From: Rhynchopus sp. YZ270_cl-10
Taxonomy: Eukaryota
NCBI GenBank assembly: GCA_964035575.1
Contig: OZ037833.1
Span: 2,728,001-2,792,000 of the forward strand
Length of the DNA: 64,000 bases
Direction: 5' to 3'
Shown here in pieces: positions 48,196-58,484 of this stretch. The notes under the pieces were generated by a model. That model had not been told where the DNA came from. It searched no databases and saw only the letters and a program-made list of their open reading frames with translations. The position numbers were made by a program, and so were the translations under genes. The first letter of the stretch is position 1, and each line of letters begins with the position of its first letter.

Positions 48196-51100
48196 ATGTT
48201 CGATGGGCTTCTTGATGACAGTGCTCTCCCCGAGAAGGATGGCGATGAATACCCTAGCGTGGACGCGATCCTCACGAAGGTGCTGAACGCGGCCTCCGAG
48301 GCTGATGTCCGCGAGGAGTACTGCGACCTGGCACACCTTCTGGAGAACAACCCGCCGCTCCCTGTGGTGAACCACCTCCCTCTCAAATGGCTTCCACGCC
48401 TGGTCGGCTCCGTAAGCAGCTCTGTAAGGACCTGGGCTGTTACAGTTCTGGAAGGGCACCCGCTTCTTACCAAAGACCCCCCAGCTGCGTCAGCCCTTCT
48501 CAGCGAAAGCGTGCACTGCTATTTAAATCTCATGAGCGAGCAAGAAGCGGAGGTCGTCATCGCATCTGACCCTTCCGATGAGCTGCTCTTCCCCGACGAA
48601 GACGAAGACCTGGACGACCACGACGGCATCCCCCCTTCTCACGACCCTGCAGTGCTGTGGTACGCAGTGTACTATTTGATTGAGATTGGTGGTGCCGACA
48701 CTGCGCGCGACGTTGCCTGGCATATAGTCGATGCGGCAAAGAACGAGGCATACCTGCAAGGCTGCAAAGGGGATGGAGAGTCCTCCGAAGAGGCGAAGGG
48801 GTGGTTTCTGAAGGCGCTCCTCGCAGTGGGTGCTGTGGCTGCAGATGGGGTGGAGGAGTTTACGAGACCATGGTTTCAGATTGTGTTTGATTTGGTGGTG
48901 CCATCGAACGTCGCGCTGTTGTGTGAATTTGTTGCGCTTCATCCAAGCTCTGTTTTGCAGGGGCATATTGATGTGTTGTTGTCGTGCAAATCTCCGGTTG
49001 CGGATTTTCTTGCACTTGCACCGCTTTCAGCAATACCAGGCCAGATTGGCGAAACCGTCTCCGCCACACTATGGCAGAAGCGTAGTGTACAAGAACTTCT
49101 CACCGGAAACACTGCTTCTGAGGCAGCGGAGGTCTGTGTTGCTGTCGCAGGGCGCGCAGTGCAATCTGTTCTGAACGTCATTCAGGAGTGGGGACGGTAT
49201 CTGGCTAGGGTCTATGAGAGTCTTCGCAGAGGGAAGAAGCCTGAGGTTGATGGAACGGCAATCTCCTTTCCGAGGGTGGATTTGCTGTTTAATGGTGTGG
49301 CGCGGTCGTGGGGGTCGCTGCCTTTGGGTTCGAGACAACAGATGTGCGATGCTGTGCTGCCGCTTGCCGCGTTGTTGGATGCGACCGCGGTAGATCACTT
49401 TCTTCGCTTCACACGGTTGGGTGATGCAGGACGTCTTCCTGCACAGTGCTGTGCGACGCCGTTGCAGGCATTGACAGCAATATGCGCTTCAGTTGATTCC
49501 ATCGCTTCATCCGCCTTCAGTGATATGGAGTTGGCAACCTCAACGAATATCATGCGTGCCGCATTCCTCCTCGCCCCGCAGCACTCTTCCGCGCACACTG
49601 CTGTCATCCCTCGAGATAAAAGCGCTTCCGAAGCTTTGGTAACCCTCGTCTCCCAAAGCAGAAAGGCACGACAATGGGTTGGCGTTGCGCTCCGAGCTTG
49701 CTGTGCCCTTGGCGAACGCAAAGAGAACAACGCGGACATGGTGGCAGACGTGATGATGTCGATGTTCGTCCGTTCCTCTACTGGCGTCATCAACGGTCTC
49801 CTGGAAGGGCTGTACCCTTACGTCGAGGACAAATACGTGCATGCGGTACTGATGAGCGCGCAACGTTGTATGGGCATCTGGCGTTGCCTCGGCCTTTCCT
49901 TTGAAACAGTCATGTTAGGTGTGGTGTCCGGCGTTTCAACTGGCCCCTGGTGCCAAGCAGTACTCCGCCTCGCAAAGGTTGCAGAAAGCGATGCAGAACG
50001 GGACAAATGGGCAGTCGCAGTATCCGCCCTAGCCGACCAACAGATCTACGACGGGCGAGACTCTCGGGCACTCTTTGGAAGGGTCCTCAAAAGCTCGCCC
50101 CTCATTCTGGCGGCGATCAAGCGGGTCTCTCTGTATACACCGGCAGCGGCTAGGCTTATTGCGTGGGGTGAAGGGCGGGAGTACATCGCACCACAACCAA
50201 AGACCCCTGAGAAGCCCGCTTCACAGGGGTCTCTCCGAGCACAGTACTCCATTAGCATGCTGGATGACAGCGACGATGTGGAGGAGGTTGAGATGCCACC
50301 GCCGCCTCCGTCGCCGAAGGCAGCTCCGCAGCAGAGGAAGAGCTATCCGACGCCAAGCAAGGTGATTGTGATCGACGATGGAGAGGACGAAGAGAACTTT
50401 GTGAAGATGGCGAAGAAGGTGCTTGCCCCTGCACCACGGATGCCGAGGATGAGCAGGTCGGAGTTGGAGATGCGGAAGTTGGCGAAGGCGGGGGGGCTTG
50501 GGTCTCAGGTGCAGATGGAGATGCAGCCTTGTGGTGCTGCTTTGGTGTACGACAGAAAGCCGAGAGAGGCGAGGACTGCGAATGTGCATGGTCAGAGCCG
50601 TGCCTTGGTGCCGAAGGCGTTCAACAGCTCTGCAGTGGCGCGTGCAGACAAGAAGTTCTTAGACATGCAACGCCAGCAGCGTGAAGGCAACATCAAGCGT
50701 CTCCGTGACCACCGCTACCCACGCCACAAACTCAGCCTCCTCAACGCCATGCTCGAGATCGGGCAGACCCCCTCCGAAGCCCTCCAGAACCTCCCAAAGA
50801 CCTTCGTCAGCGAGGACCACTACGCCAATATGTTCTTCTCCTTCATCATGTACGAGGCACGCGAAAGTCTCGAACGTTCTCTCCAATTCCTCGGATCCGG
50901 CACACCCGACTCAGGTGCCATAGTGGAAATCATTCACGGCAAGCATGAAGTCGTCATAGAATTCCCTTCACGCCCTGTCAACGCTTTCAACGATACAAGC
51001 CTCATCGCAGTCAAGAGTGAGGATATGTCGTACACCGGGTCGCAGCTTATCATTGGGAAGGTTGAAACATACTTTCGCGCGCACAACCAAATTCAGGTTC

Positions 51101-53133
51101 GCTTCACACCGTCGGACTACCGCACATTAACGATGAACCTAGGGCTCTGCGTGCAGCCTGTGGAGAACATTTCCTCAGTCTTTCAGATGGCGTGGGTAAT
51201 CAACAACCTTGCGTACCTTCCTTTGTACCGACACCTCCTGACGGGGGCACCTATGGAGGACGAGGCCACACGCGAACGGCGTCGCACAGTGTACATTGCA
51301 CAGCTCCCACCTGCGTTCAGTGCGCACCTTGAGAAGCACTACAACGAGCTGCAGCGTTCTGCGATTCTCAACTCCTGCGCACAGCGCGAAGGGTTCTCTC
51401 TCATCCAAGGCCCCCCTGGGACAGGAAAGACGCACACCCTGATGGGGCTTCTCTCGCTTCTGCTGCTGAAGGGGAAGAACTGCCATCTGCCACGCTGCAA
51501 ACACATTCTTGTTGTCGCACCTTCTAACACCGCTTGCGACGAAATTGCTGTCCGCATTGGGAACAAAGGTCTTGTCAATGCCGACGGTGTCACATACAGT
51601 CCTAAAATGCTGCGTGCAGGTGTCAGAGCAAAGGTGCACCCCGATGTGCGTCCTGTGTACGTCGAGGACATTGTGGATATGAGGCAAGAAGACAAGGAGA
51701 AGACACGCAGCAACATCGAACAGAAGTACCGCCAAATGCAGCGTTCCCTCGCTACAGAGGAGGACGCACTGCGAGGCATGGAGACAACCTCTGTTCCTGT
51801 AGACCCGGCACTGCTCTTCAACCAGAAGGAGAAGGTGCGTCTGCTGCACGCAAACCTCCGTATTGAGGTGAAGCGTCGTAAGGCTCGCGCAAAAATTGCC
51901 GAAGAAGACAGACGCGCAGAGCGTGTCAAAGTTATCAACGAAGCTGCGATTGTGTGCAGCACCTTAGCCTCTTGTAGAAACCTTCCTCCTGGGTTTGATG
52001 CGATTGTGGTTGATGAGTCTGCGCAGGCTGTGGAGCCAGAGGTATTGCTTGCTTTAAAGTCTGGCGCAAAGCAGTGCATTCTCGTTGGCGACGACAAGCA
52101 ACTTCGTGCAACAATTCTGTCACAACCATGCAAAAAGAACAACTACGGGAGGTCCCTCTTCGAACGTCTCCGTGAAGGCGGTCACGCACCCCATCTGCTA
52201 CGCACACAGTACCGCATGCACCCAAGCATCCGCGCCTTTCCTTCATCAGAGTTCTACGAAAACAAGCTCATGGACAACATTGTCACCGTCAAACGCCCTG
52301 CTCTTGTCAACATCCTCCAACCCCCTTTACCCGATGCAAAGAAGATTGCCCCTGTACTCGCATACAGCGTTCTCAACGTTGAAGGACGTTGCCAAATGAA
52401 CCTTCGTTCCAAATCGTCTTACAACATCGAAGAAGCTGAAGTGGTCTCAGCGTTGATCCAACGGATTACTTCTGAGCTAGGGATTGCCCTGCCAGATATT
52501 GGTGTGATCACACCGTATAAGGAGCAGGTTAAAATGATTCAGGCGAAGACGCTTGGGGTCGAGGTGAACACGGTTGATTCCTTCCAGGGGAGGGAGAAGA
52601 GGGCGGTGATCATTTCATGTGTGCGGGCGGTGGGGCAGAGTGGGTTGGGGTTTGCTGCAGAGGCGGAGCGGATGAACGTTGCGTTAACACGAGGCAAGGA
52701 GTTGCTTATCGTGGTCTGCCACTGCCGTACGATGACGCAAAGCCCGCTCTTTGGGAGACTTATTCTAAACGCCGCACGACGTGGAGTGCTCTTCTCAGAA
52801 TCAGCCTCTGGGGCAAGTTTGCAATACGCGAAAAACCCTTCAATAAAAGACCTCAACGAAGCACTTTCCTCCCTCGAAAGAACTGCTGTCAACAGGTCTC
52901 AAGGTGCTTCGGGGGGAAGGCGGAGGGTGCAGATCAACATTGAAGATGTAGAGCGGAAGGCTTCTCAGGAGGGGAGAAATGATGAAAGGAGAGCGGGAGG
53001 AGGAGGAGAAGGTGGAGGAGCTGCGTTTGCTGTCCCGGTTGATAGGGGGGTGAGAGGGGCGAGATGCGCAGGAGGAAAACGACCTTGGGAACGAGAAGAT
53101 GAAAGCCTATCAGCAAAGAGGAGAAGGAACTGA
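48196..53133 (+). CDS. SEN1: Sen1/senataxin-like SF1 (UPF1-like) RNA/DNA helicase
   Basis: Motifs 'LIQGPPGTGKT', 'LVVAPSNTACDE', 'VVDESAQAVE', 'LVGDDKQL', 'SLFERL', 'QYRMHP', 'IGVITPYKEQ', 'TVDSFQGREK', 'RMNVALTR'. The long helical N-terminus and lack of the UPF1 Cys/His domain favour Sen1. Confidence 0.85.
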   Translation: MFDGLLDDSALPEKDGDEYPSVDAILTKVLNAASEADVREEYCDLAHLLENNPPLPVVNHLPLKWLPRLVGSVSSSVRTWAVTVLEGHPLLTKDPPAASALLSESVHCYLNLMSEQEAEVVIASDPSDELLFPDEDEDLDDHDGIPPSHDPAVLWYAVYYLIEIGGADTARDVAWHIVDAAKNEAYLQGCKGDGESSEEAKGWFLKALLAVGAVAADGVEEFTRPWFQIVFDLVVPSNVALLCEFVALHPSSVLQGHIDVLLSCKSPVADFLALAPLSAIPGQIGETVSATLWQKRSVQELLTGNTASEAAEVCVAVAGRAVQSVLNVIQEWGRYLARVYESLRRGKKPEVDGTAISFPRVDLLFNGVARSWGSLPLGSRQQMCDAVLPLAALLDATAVDHFLRFTRLGDAGRLPAQCCATPLQALTAICASVDSIASSAFSDMELATSTNIMRAAFLLAPQHSSAHTAVIPRDKSASEALVTLVSQSRKARQWVGVALRACCALGERKENNADMVADVMMSMFVRSSTGVINGLLEGLYPYVEDKYVHAVLMSAQRCMGIWRCLGLSFETVMLGVVSGVSTGPWCQAVLRLAKVAESDAERDKWAVAVSALADQQIYDGRDSRALFGRVLKSSPLILAAIKRVSLYTPAAARLIAWGEGREYIAPQPKTPEKPASQGSLRAQYSISMLDDSDDVEEVEMPPPPPSPKAAPQQRKSYPTPSKVIVIDDGEDEENFVKMAKKVLAPAPRMPRMSRSELEMRKLAKAGGLGSQVQMEMQPCGAALVYDRKPREARTANVHGQSRALVPKAFNSSAVARADKKFLDMQRQQREGNIKRLRDHRYPRHKLSLLNAMLEIGQTPSEALQNLPKTFVSEDHYANMFFSFIMYEARESLERSLQFLGSGTPDSGAIVEIIHGKHEVVIEFPSRPVNAFNDTSLIAVKSEDMSYTGSQLIIGKVETYFRAHNQIQVRFTPSDYRTLTMNLGLCVQPVENISSVFQMAWVINNLAYLPLYRHLLTGAPMEDEATRERRRTVYIAQLPPAFSAHLEKHYNELQRSAILNSCAQREGFSLIQGPPGTGKTHTLMGLLSLLLLKGKNCHLPRCKHILVVAPSNTACDEIAVRIGNKGLVNADGVTYSPKMLRAGVRAKVHPDVRPVYVEDIVDMRQEDKEKTRSNIEQKYRQMQRSLATEEDALRGMETTSVPVDPALLFNQKEKVRLLHANLRIEVKRRKARAKIAEEDRRAERVKVINEAAIVCSTLASCRNLPPGFDAIVVDESAQAVEPEVLLALKSGAKQCILVGDDKQLRATILSQPCKKNNYGRSLFERLREGGHAPHLLRTQYRMHPSIRAFPSSEFYENKLMDNIVTVKRPALVNILQPPLPDAKKIAPVLAYSVLNVEGRCQMNLRSKSSYNIEEAEVVSALIQRITSELGIALPDIGVITPYKEQVKMIQAKTLGVEVNTVDSFQGREKRAVIISCVRAVGQSGLGFAAEAERMNVALTRGKELLIVVCHCRTMTQSPLFGRLILNAARRGVLFSESASGASLQYAKNPSIKDLNEALSSLERTAVNRSQGASGGRRRVQINIEDVERKASQEGRNDERRAGGGGEGGGAAFAVPVDRGVRGARCAGGKRPWEREDESLSAKRRRN

Positions 53134-53851
53134 TTTGCAAAAAAAAAGGTGATTGCTTATGGTGTGGCATTGAGGGGGGTGCGCAAAGTAGGTGCAGAAT
53201 GTGCGAATCACCTCAGCCTGTTTTTCTTTTTTGTGATAAATTGTTGAAATAGTGTAGTTGCCTCGGGTTGTGTTGTATAGTTGCAATCTTCGTTTATTTT
53301 TTTTTTTTGGAAATGACTGTGTGCCTGCTTACAGTTTCCCTTGTAGACAACTCCAAAATACAACACTGGTTTGATAGCCCGCGGAGTGTCAGTGTCTGCG
53401 TCCCAGAGAGCGTTTTGCACTATCAACTTCACTCATTTTTTGTTTTCTTTGAAAACATCCCTAGCCTCTTCATTTTTACAAGGTGACCAAGCATTAATGA
53501 GAGGCTTAGGTTCATCTTTTCTACTTTTTGTTGATTACAGAACCTCCCTCAGTGGAGACGTAAACAAAAAATGGGAGAGGTAGGGAGGGGAGAGGGGGAA
53601 ACGGTCTCAGAAGAGGAAAAGGTTTGGGGAAAATGGACAAAAAAAGTCCAACAACCCCCAACACCTTTTTCGGGGAAGGAAAAAAAAAAAAATAGAAACG
53701 AAAAAAAGGGTCGCGAGTTATTCAATTCGTCACCCGGTTATTACTATCATACAGAACAATGAAAATGAAACGAAAGGCCTTTTATTCTCGAACACTTAAC
53801 ACTCACCATCCTCACAAATCTCTCATGTTTCAGATAAAAAAACACAAAATT

Positions 53852-55405
53852 ATGTCTTCACTTTTGTTGTTTGCTTGTTTTCAGAGTGCAGTTATTTGCG
53901 ATACATGCATTACATTGGATCAGCTTGTTGCTGATCAGAAGGGGAAAATGCCGGCAGACGAGAGCGAGCGTTATGTTGCACCCTCTGCTCAGGCGATGTC
54001 TGACTGGGAGACGGTTGTGTCGGGCATGATGGGTGGCGCGTGTGTCGGCCCGCTGCCGGCATCGCTCTCTGGATACGAATTGGAGGTCTTCGCGGACGCC
54101 GACAACAGCGAGCAGTACTGCGTGCTCGCTGCCGTGACGGATGCAAACGACGACGGCACAATGGACACCCCCTGGGGCACGGTCATCATTTACCAAGATG
54201 TCTCCGCGAAGGACATCTCCATCGACGTGCCGCACCCCCTCCACGACAGCAACACCGCAGCGCAAGGCATTGCAGTGTTCAAAGGTGTCGGCGCCCGCTC
54301 CTTTGTTCTCTCCGGGTCGCACCGCCATGCGAATGCGGCAGAGTCGGACTGCGATGATGGGTATTTAACAGCAGACGCAGCGCACACCCTCAACACTTTC
54401 CAGTCCAGCATCACTGCGATCATGGGACACTACGACGCTGTGGGGGAGGTGCACACTGCGATTCAGTTTCACGGCATGGGGTCGGACAGCTGTCCTGGTG
54501 TGGAGGCGCACATCACTCACGGCAGCAATGTTGCACCGCAGGCAGGCGAGGCGATTGATTTGCTGCGGAATGCGCTGGAGGCGGCAGTACCTGGAGACCA
54601 TGACTTCACCGTGCCCGGGGACAGTCCGTCATGCACGATGAGCGGGACCAGCAACATGCAGGGACGTCTGCTCAACGGTGTTGCCGCAGAGTCGGTCTGC
54701 ACCGTCAGCGCATCGGGCTACACAGCACGCTTTATCCACATCGAGCAGAAGTCCTTCCTCCGCCACGCCGACCACCACGCATACTGGATCACCGCACTCA
54801 ACAACGTCGACTTTTCCACCGCAACACCCCCAACAGGCATCACTGTCCTCAGCCCAAATGGCGGTGAAGTTATCGGGCTTGCCACCACAGTCGAGGTAAC
54901 CTGGAACAGCGCTGGAGTGACCGGGGACATCAAATTGTCGGTCCACGAAAACAACGAAGCGAAAACGTACGTCAAGACGATTGAGAACACCGCGCCGAAC
55001 ACTGGGTCCTACATGTGGGAGGTGAGTGGGAGCACGGATGAGGGGAGCAACTTTGTGGTGCGGGCGAGAAGTGTCGATGAGACCTCGATCAAGGACTACT
55101 CTGATGCAGTCTTCACCATCGTGAACCCGATTCAGGTGGTGGCGCCCAACGGCGGGGAGACACTCCACGAAGGCGACGAGGTGAACGTGCAGTGGACCGC
55201 CCCTGGTGTCGGTGCCGTGAAGCTCTCCCTCCACAAGGGCACCAGCTTCTACAAAACCATCGCCACAGAGACCGCAAACGACGGAACCTTCCTCTGGACC
55301 ATCCCGGACGTTTCTGAGCGTGACGACTACAGGATCCGTGTCCGCAGTGTCGACGAAACATCGGTCAAGGCGTACTCCACCGATGAGTTCACAATTGAGC
55401 CGTAG
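53852..55405 (+). CDS. Secreted protein: putative metal-dependent hydrolase domain plus two 'PNGGE' beta-sandwich repeats (bacterial-like)
   Basis: Signal peptide 'MSSLLLFACFQSAVIC'. Motifs 'DVPHPLHD', 'GSHRHAN', 'DAAH', 'IQFHG', 'FIHIEQ'. Two C-terminal repeats V(L/V)(S/A)PNGGE...W...KLS...W...RSVDETS.K.YS. No introns. Confidence 0.75.
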   Translation: MSSLLLFACFQSAVICDTCITLDQLVADQKGKMPADESERYVAPSAQAMSDWETVVSGMMGGACVGPLPASLSGYELEVFADADNSEQYCVLAAVTDANDDGTMDTPWGTVIIYQDVSAKDISIDVPHPLHDSNTAAQGIAVFKGVGARSFVLSGSHRHANAAESDCDDGYLTADAAHTLNTFQSSITAIMGHYDAVGEVHTAIQFHGMGSDSCPGVEAHITHGSNVAPQAGEAIDLLRNALEAAVPGDHDFTVPGDSPSCTMSGTSNMQGRLLNGVAAESVCTVSASGYTARFIHIEQKSFLRHADHHAYWITALNNVDFSTATPPTGITVLSPNGGEVIGLATTVEVTWNSAGVTGDIKLSVHENNEAKTYVKTIENTAPNTGSYMWEVSGSTDEGSNFVVRARSVDETSIKDYSDAVFTIVNPIQVVAPNGGETLHEGDEVNVQWTAPGVGAVKLSLHKGTSFYKTIATETANDGTFLWTIPDVSERDDYRIRVRSVDETSVKAYSTDEFTIEP

Positions 55406-57468
55406 TTGAGTGACAATAAAAGGAGGAGGGAGCTGCGCAACAGCTATAATAAAAAACAAAATTTGGTCAATTTGTGATTGTGTGATGGGGATTTTTCCCC
55501 AAGTCCCGTAATAGGGGGGTTGCCCTGTGTGGCCTTTTTATCGCAATTTTCAACCCCATTTCCCCTATTTCAAATCCCCGAACGGAGGTTCGCGGGGTTA
55601 AAAAATGGGAGGACACTTTTTATTGTGAGAAAAAAGGCTTGGCACAGTTTTTTTTCTGTCATTTTTGCACTTCCCTGGGACACAATCTTTCACGCACAAC
55701 TACATTCACTTGACAACAAAACTTTACTTGATTCCGAAAATTCATTTTCTTTCATGCCCTGCGGCACCATCCCCCAACTCCCCCGCTCCCCCTTTTTTAA
55801 AGGTGTCTAAGCGCTTACTGCGGCTTAGGTTCATCTTGTAAACCTTTTTTTAAATATGCGAATTGTAAGACTGACATAGTAGCCTTGAACCACAGCTCGC
55901 TCTTCAATGAGTGTGACGAGAGCTTCTGCTCTGCTGGGTAATAACAAGAGCCCTAAGGTTGTGGTTTTTTTTTTAGGGAGATTTTTCTCAGTCAGACCAT
56001 GGTTTTTTTTAGAACATCCATCTGGAATCCCCTCCAGCCAGCTCCACGAATTAACCATGCTAAGGTGTTGAACCCCATTTCATTGTTTTCTCCATCGTCC
56101 CGGCGTCTTCATAGGTAAGATCGTCTGGTATGATTTACAGGGGAAAACGGAAGGGGAAAATGTCAACAAAATTACTGAGATTGGTGTGGCTGAGTGGGGG
56201 GGGCGCAAAAAGTGCGCAAGAAGTGCGAAATCGCCCCCCTTTCAGCCACATCAGAGATGTTTTTAAAAATGCATCGGGGTTTTTTTAGTAAATTTGCCCC
56301 CCTTCCCTACGAGAGGCAGATTCATCCTTTCTTTAAGGGTTGCTAAGCATGAGAGGCTTAGAGTCATCTTTAAAAAAAAAAACAGTGGAGATTGCACAAC
56401 TGTGGCAACACAACCGAGGCAACTACACTACTCCAACAATTTATCAAAAAACTTCTTTTTTTCTTTGAAATATGCATAATGCTACCCCTTGTTTGCACTT
56501 TCAAACCTTTTTTTTTTTCTTGCGCGCCTTTAATTTTTTTCAAAAAAATCCTTTTCTACCCCCCAATGAAAACCATCTGGGCAAAATAAAAAGGTACATC
56601 AAATGATTGCGTCCACAAAGAAAAACCTCCTCCTCCTCAAGTGGATTGCAATAATGACAGCCTTTCGTGAGTTTTCTTTTGTCTGACAAAGTACTTTAAG
56701 AAAGCTTGGTGTTAGATTGTCACTACCCCCCTTCTCCGTACACACATCGGCATTGTATGTTGTAATGCATTTTTTTTTTTGATGAGATTCAGAGAAACAT
56801 ACAAAAACCATTTCTCCCGACCCCTTTATTCTCAAGCGGCAATTTTGTTTTCTTTTTGTTTTTTGCTCGAAGTGGTACCTTTTGTGGTTAAATTGTCAGA
56901 CTGCCTGCCGGTCTTGACAGTTATCAGAATGTATCCTTTTTTTTAAAATGTATGTGCACAGAGCTGCGAATACAGGAATTTTGTTGTCGCTGTTTATTGT
57001 TGTTAAAATTGTTCCCCAAAATGCTTGCGTCGCACCGGTGATCGGTGAGGTGTGCGCACATTTCAACTTCTTATTTTGGGTTTTTTTTTATTGGCGTTTT
57101 CCACCTTAGGAACCGCAGCACTGCGTACTCTGCAATGGCTGTGTAGCTCCTCTCTCTTCCTCCCTCTTGTTCGTAGTGTGTGTTGTTTTGCATATTGCCC
57201 TGTGTCCACCAGACCCCAAGCATTTTGCCAACATCACCCACTTCCTGATGTACCTAAAGCCGCCTCTCCCTGCTTTCTGGTTCATCATCAAAATGATCGC
57301 TTCTGTTTTTTGGTTGTGAGGGAAAAAAAAAATGGGGTGTACTTTTATGATTCGCTGGAACACTAAAATAACTCACAAAAAATTTTGCAGGAAAATAAAA
57401 AAAAACACAACAACGTTGACGGATAACGCAACTGTTGGTGATACACTAAACAAAAAAAATCCAGCACA

Positions 57469-58484
57469 ATGTCTGAGGTGGAAAGATCCAACTCTGGCCT
57501 GAAGTCGCGTGAAGAGGAGGATCTGGAGCTTGCTCGGGTATGTCTCTGTCGTACACACTTTTTTTTTTGTATCACATCCTCGATGGGGACCAGGTGTCGG
57601 TACCCCGCCTCCACAAAGGTGAGGCTGAACACCAACGCCTGCACCCTCACAGAGGTGACCGGCCCTGATGCCGTCCTTCCACGGGGGAAATGCCCATCTT
57701 TGATGTCATGCTCTTTGTATATCACCACCCCCACAGCAACTCCACGAACAAACAACCGGCACTACTGCGACGGATTTCACATGCTCTATGTGCTTCGATG
57801 AGTTCAGCGGTGCAGGGGACTTGAACAAGGGAGTGGTCACGAAGTGCGACCATCGGTACTGTATGGTGTGTTTTATGAAGTACGTTGACACCAGGGTATG
57901 CACATCCCCACCTCCCCACCTCCTACCTACCCCCTACCTCTTCTCCCTTCTACCTCCACATCCAGGAAAAGCAAATCTCCGACCAAATGGAGAAGCACCG
58001 CAACGCTGCGAAGGTCGAGCGCGACATCAAATGCCCGCTCTGCAGAGAAAGCATCGTCGTCGACGCGAACCGCATCCGCCGTCTTCACAACAAGCCCCCT
58101 GTGTACATCCCGGACCACCCGGCCCCGAACCCGAGGACAATGACCTGGGATCCTTCTATGTCTGTGATCGTTGTGTGCAACAAATGCAACCAACGTCTGT
58201 ACGCACCCCCAGGCAAGGTCGTGAAGTGTGTGTGCAAGAACCTCATCCAGCCGCAGAACAGCCAGAGCATATGGCGTAAGGACTCCCAGGTGATGAAGGA
58301 GACCACCCTCCCGACAGACCAGGCAAAGGTCACTCTCGTCATCTGCCCAGGCTGCCGCCGCAACTTCTCTGCAAGAATGGGAGAAACAGTTCGTTGCCAA
58401 TGCGGGACCGGGCTATACGTACCCCCTGCATCTGGTGCCCCAGCAGCACCTGCTGCGAACGGTGGACAACGTCAGCGGTCGTAG
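57469..58484 (+). CDS. UIM-like + C3HC4 RING + two zinc-ribbon protein (putative E3 ubiquitin ligase), 3 exons
   Basis: Exons 57469-57537, 57737-57895 and 57966-58484 (248 aa). Splicing rebuilds EEEDLELAR|QL and the RING CSMC...CDHRYCMVC...CPLC. Downstream are CNKC..CVC and CPGC..CQC ribbons. Confidence 0.85.

Noticed and set aside
57664..57692. CTGATG...GAAA as a hammerhead ribozyme core
   Set aside because: Reads CTGATGC rather than CTGANGA, and the stems and cleavage triplet do not fit.
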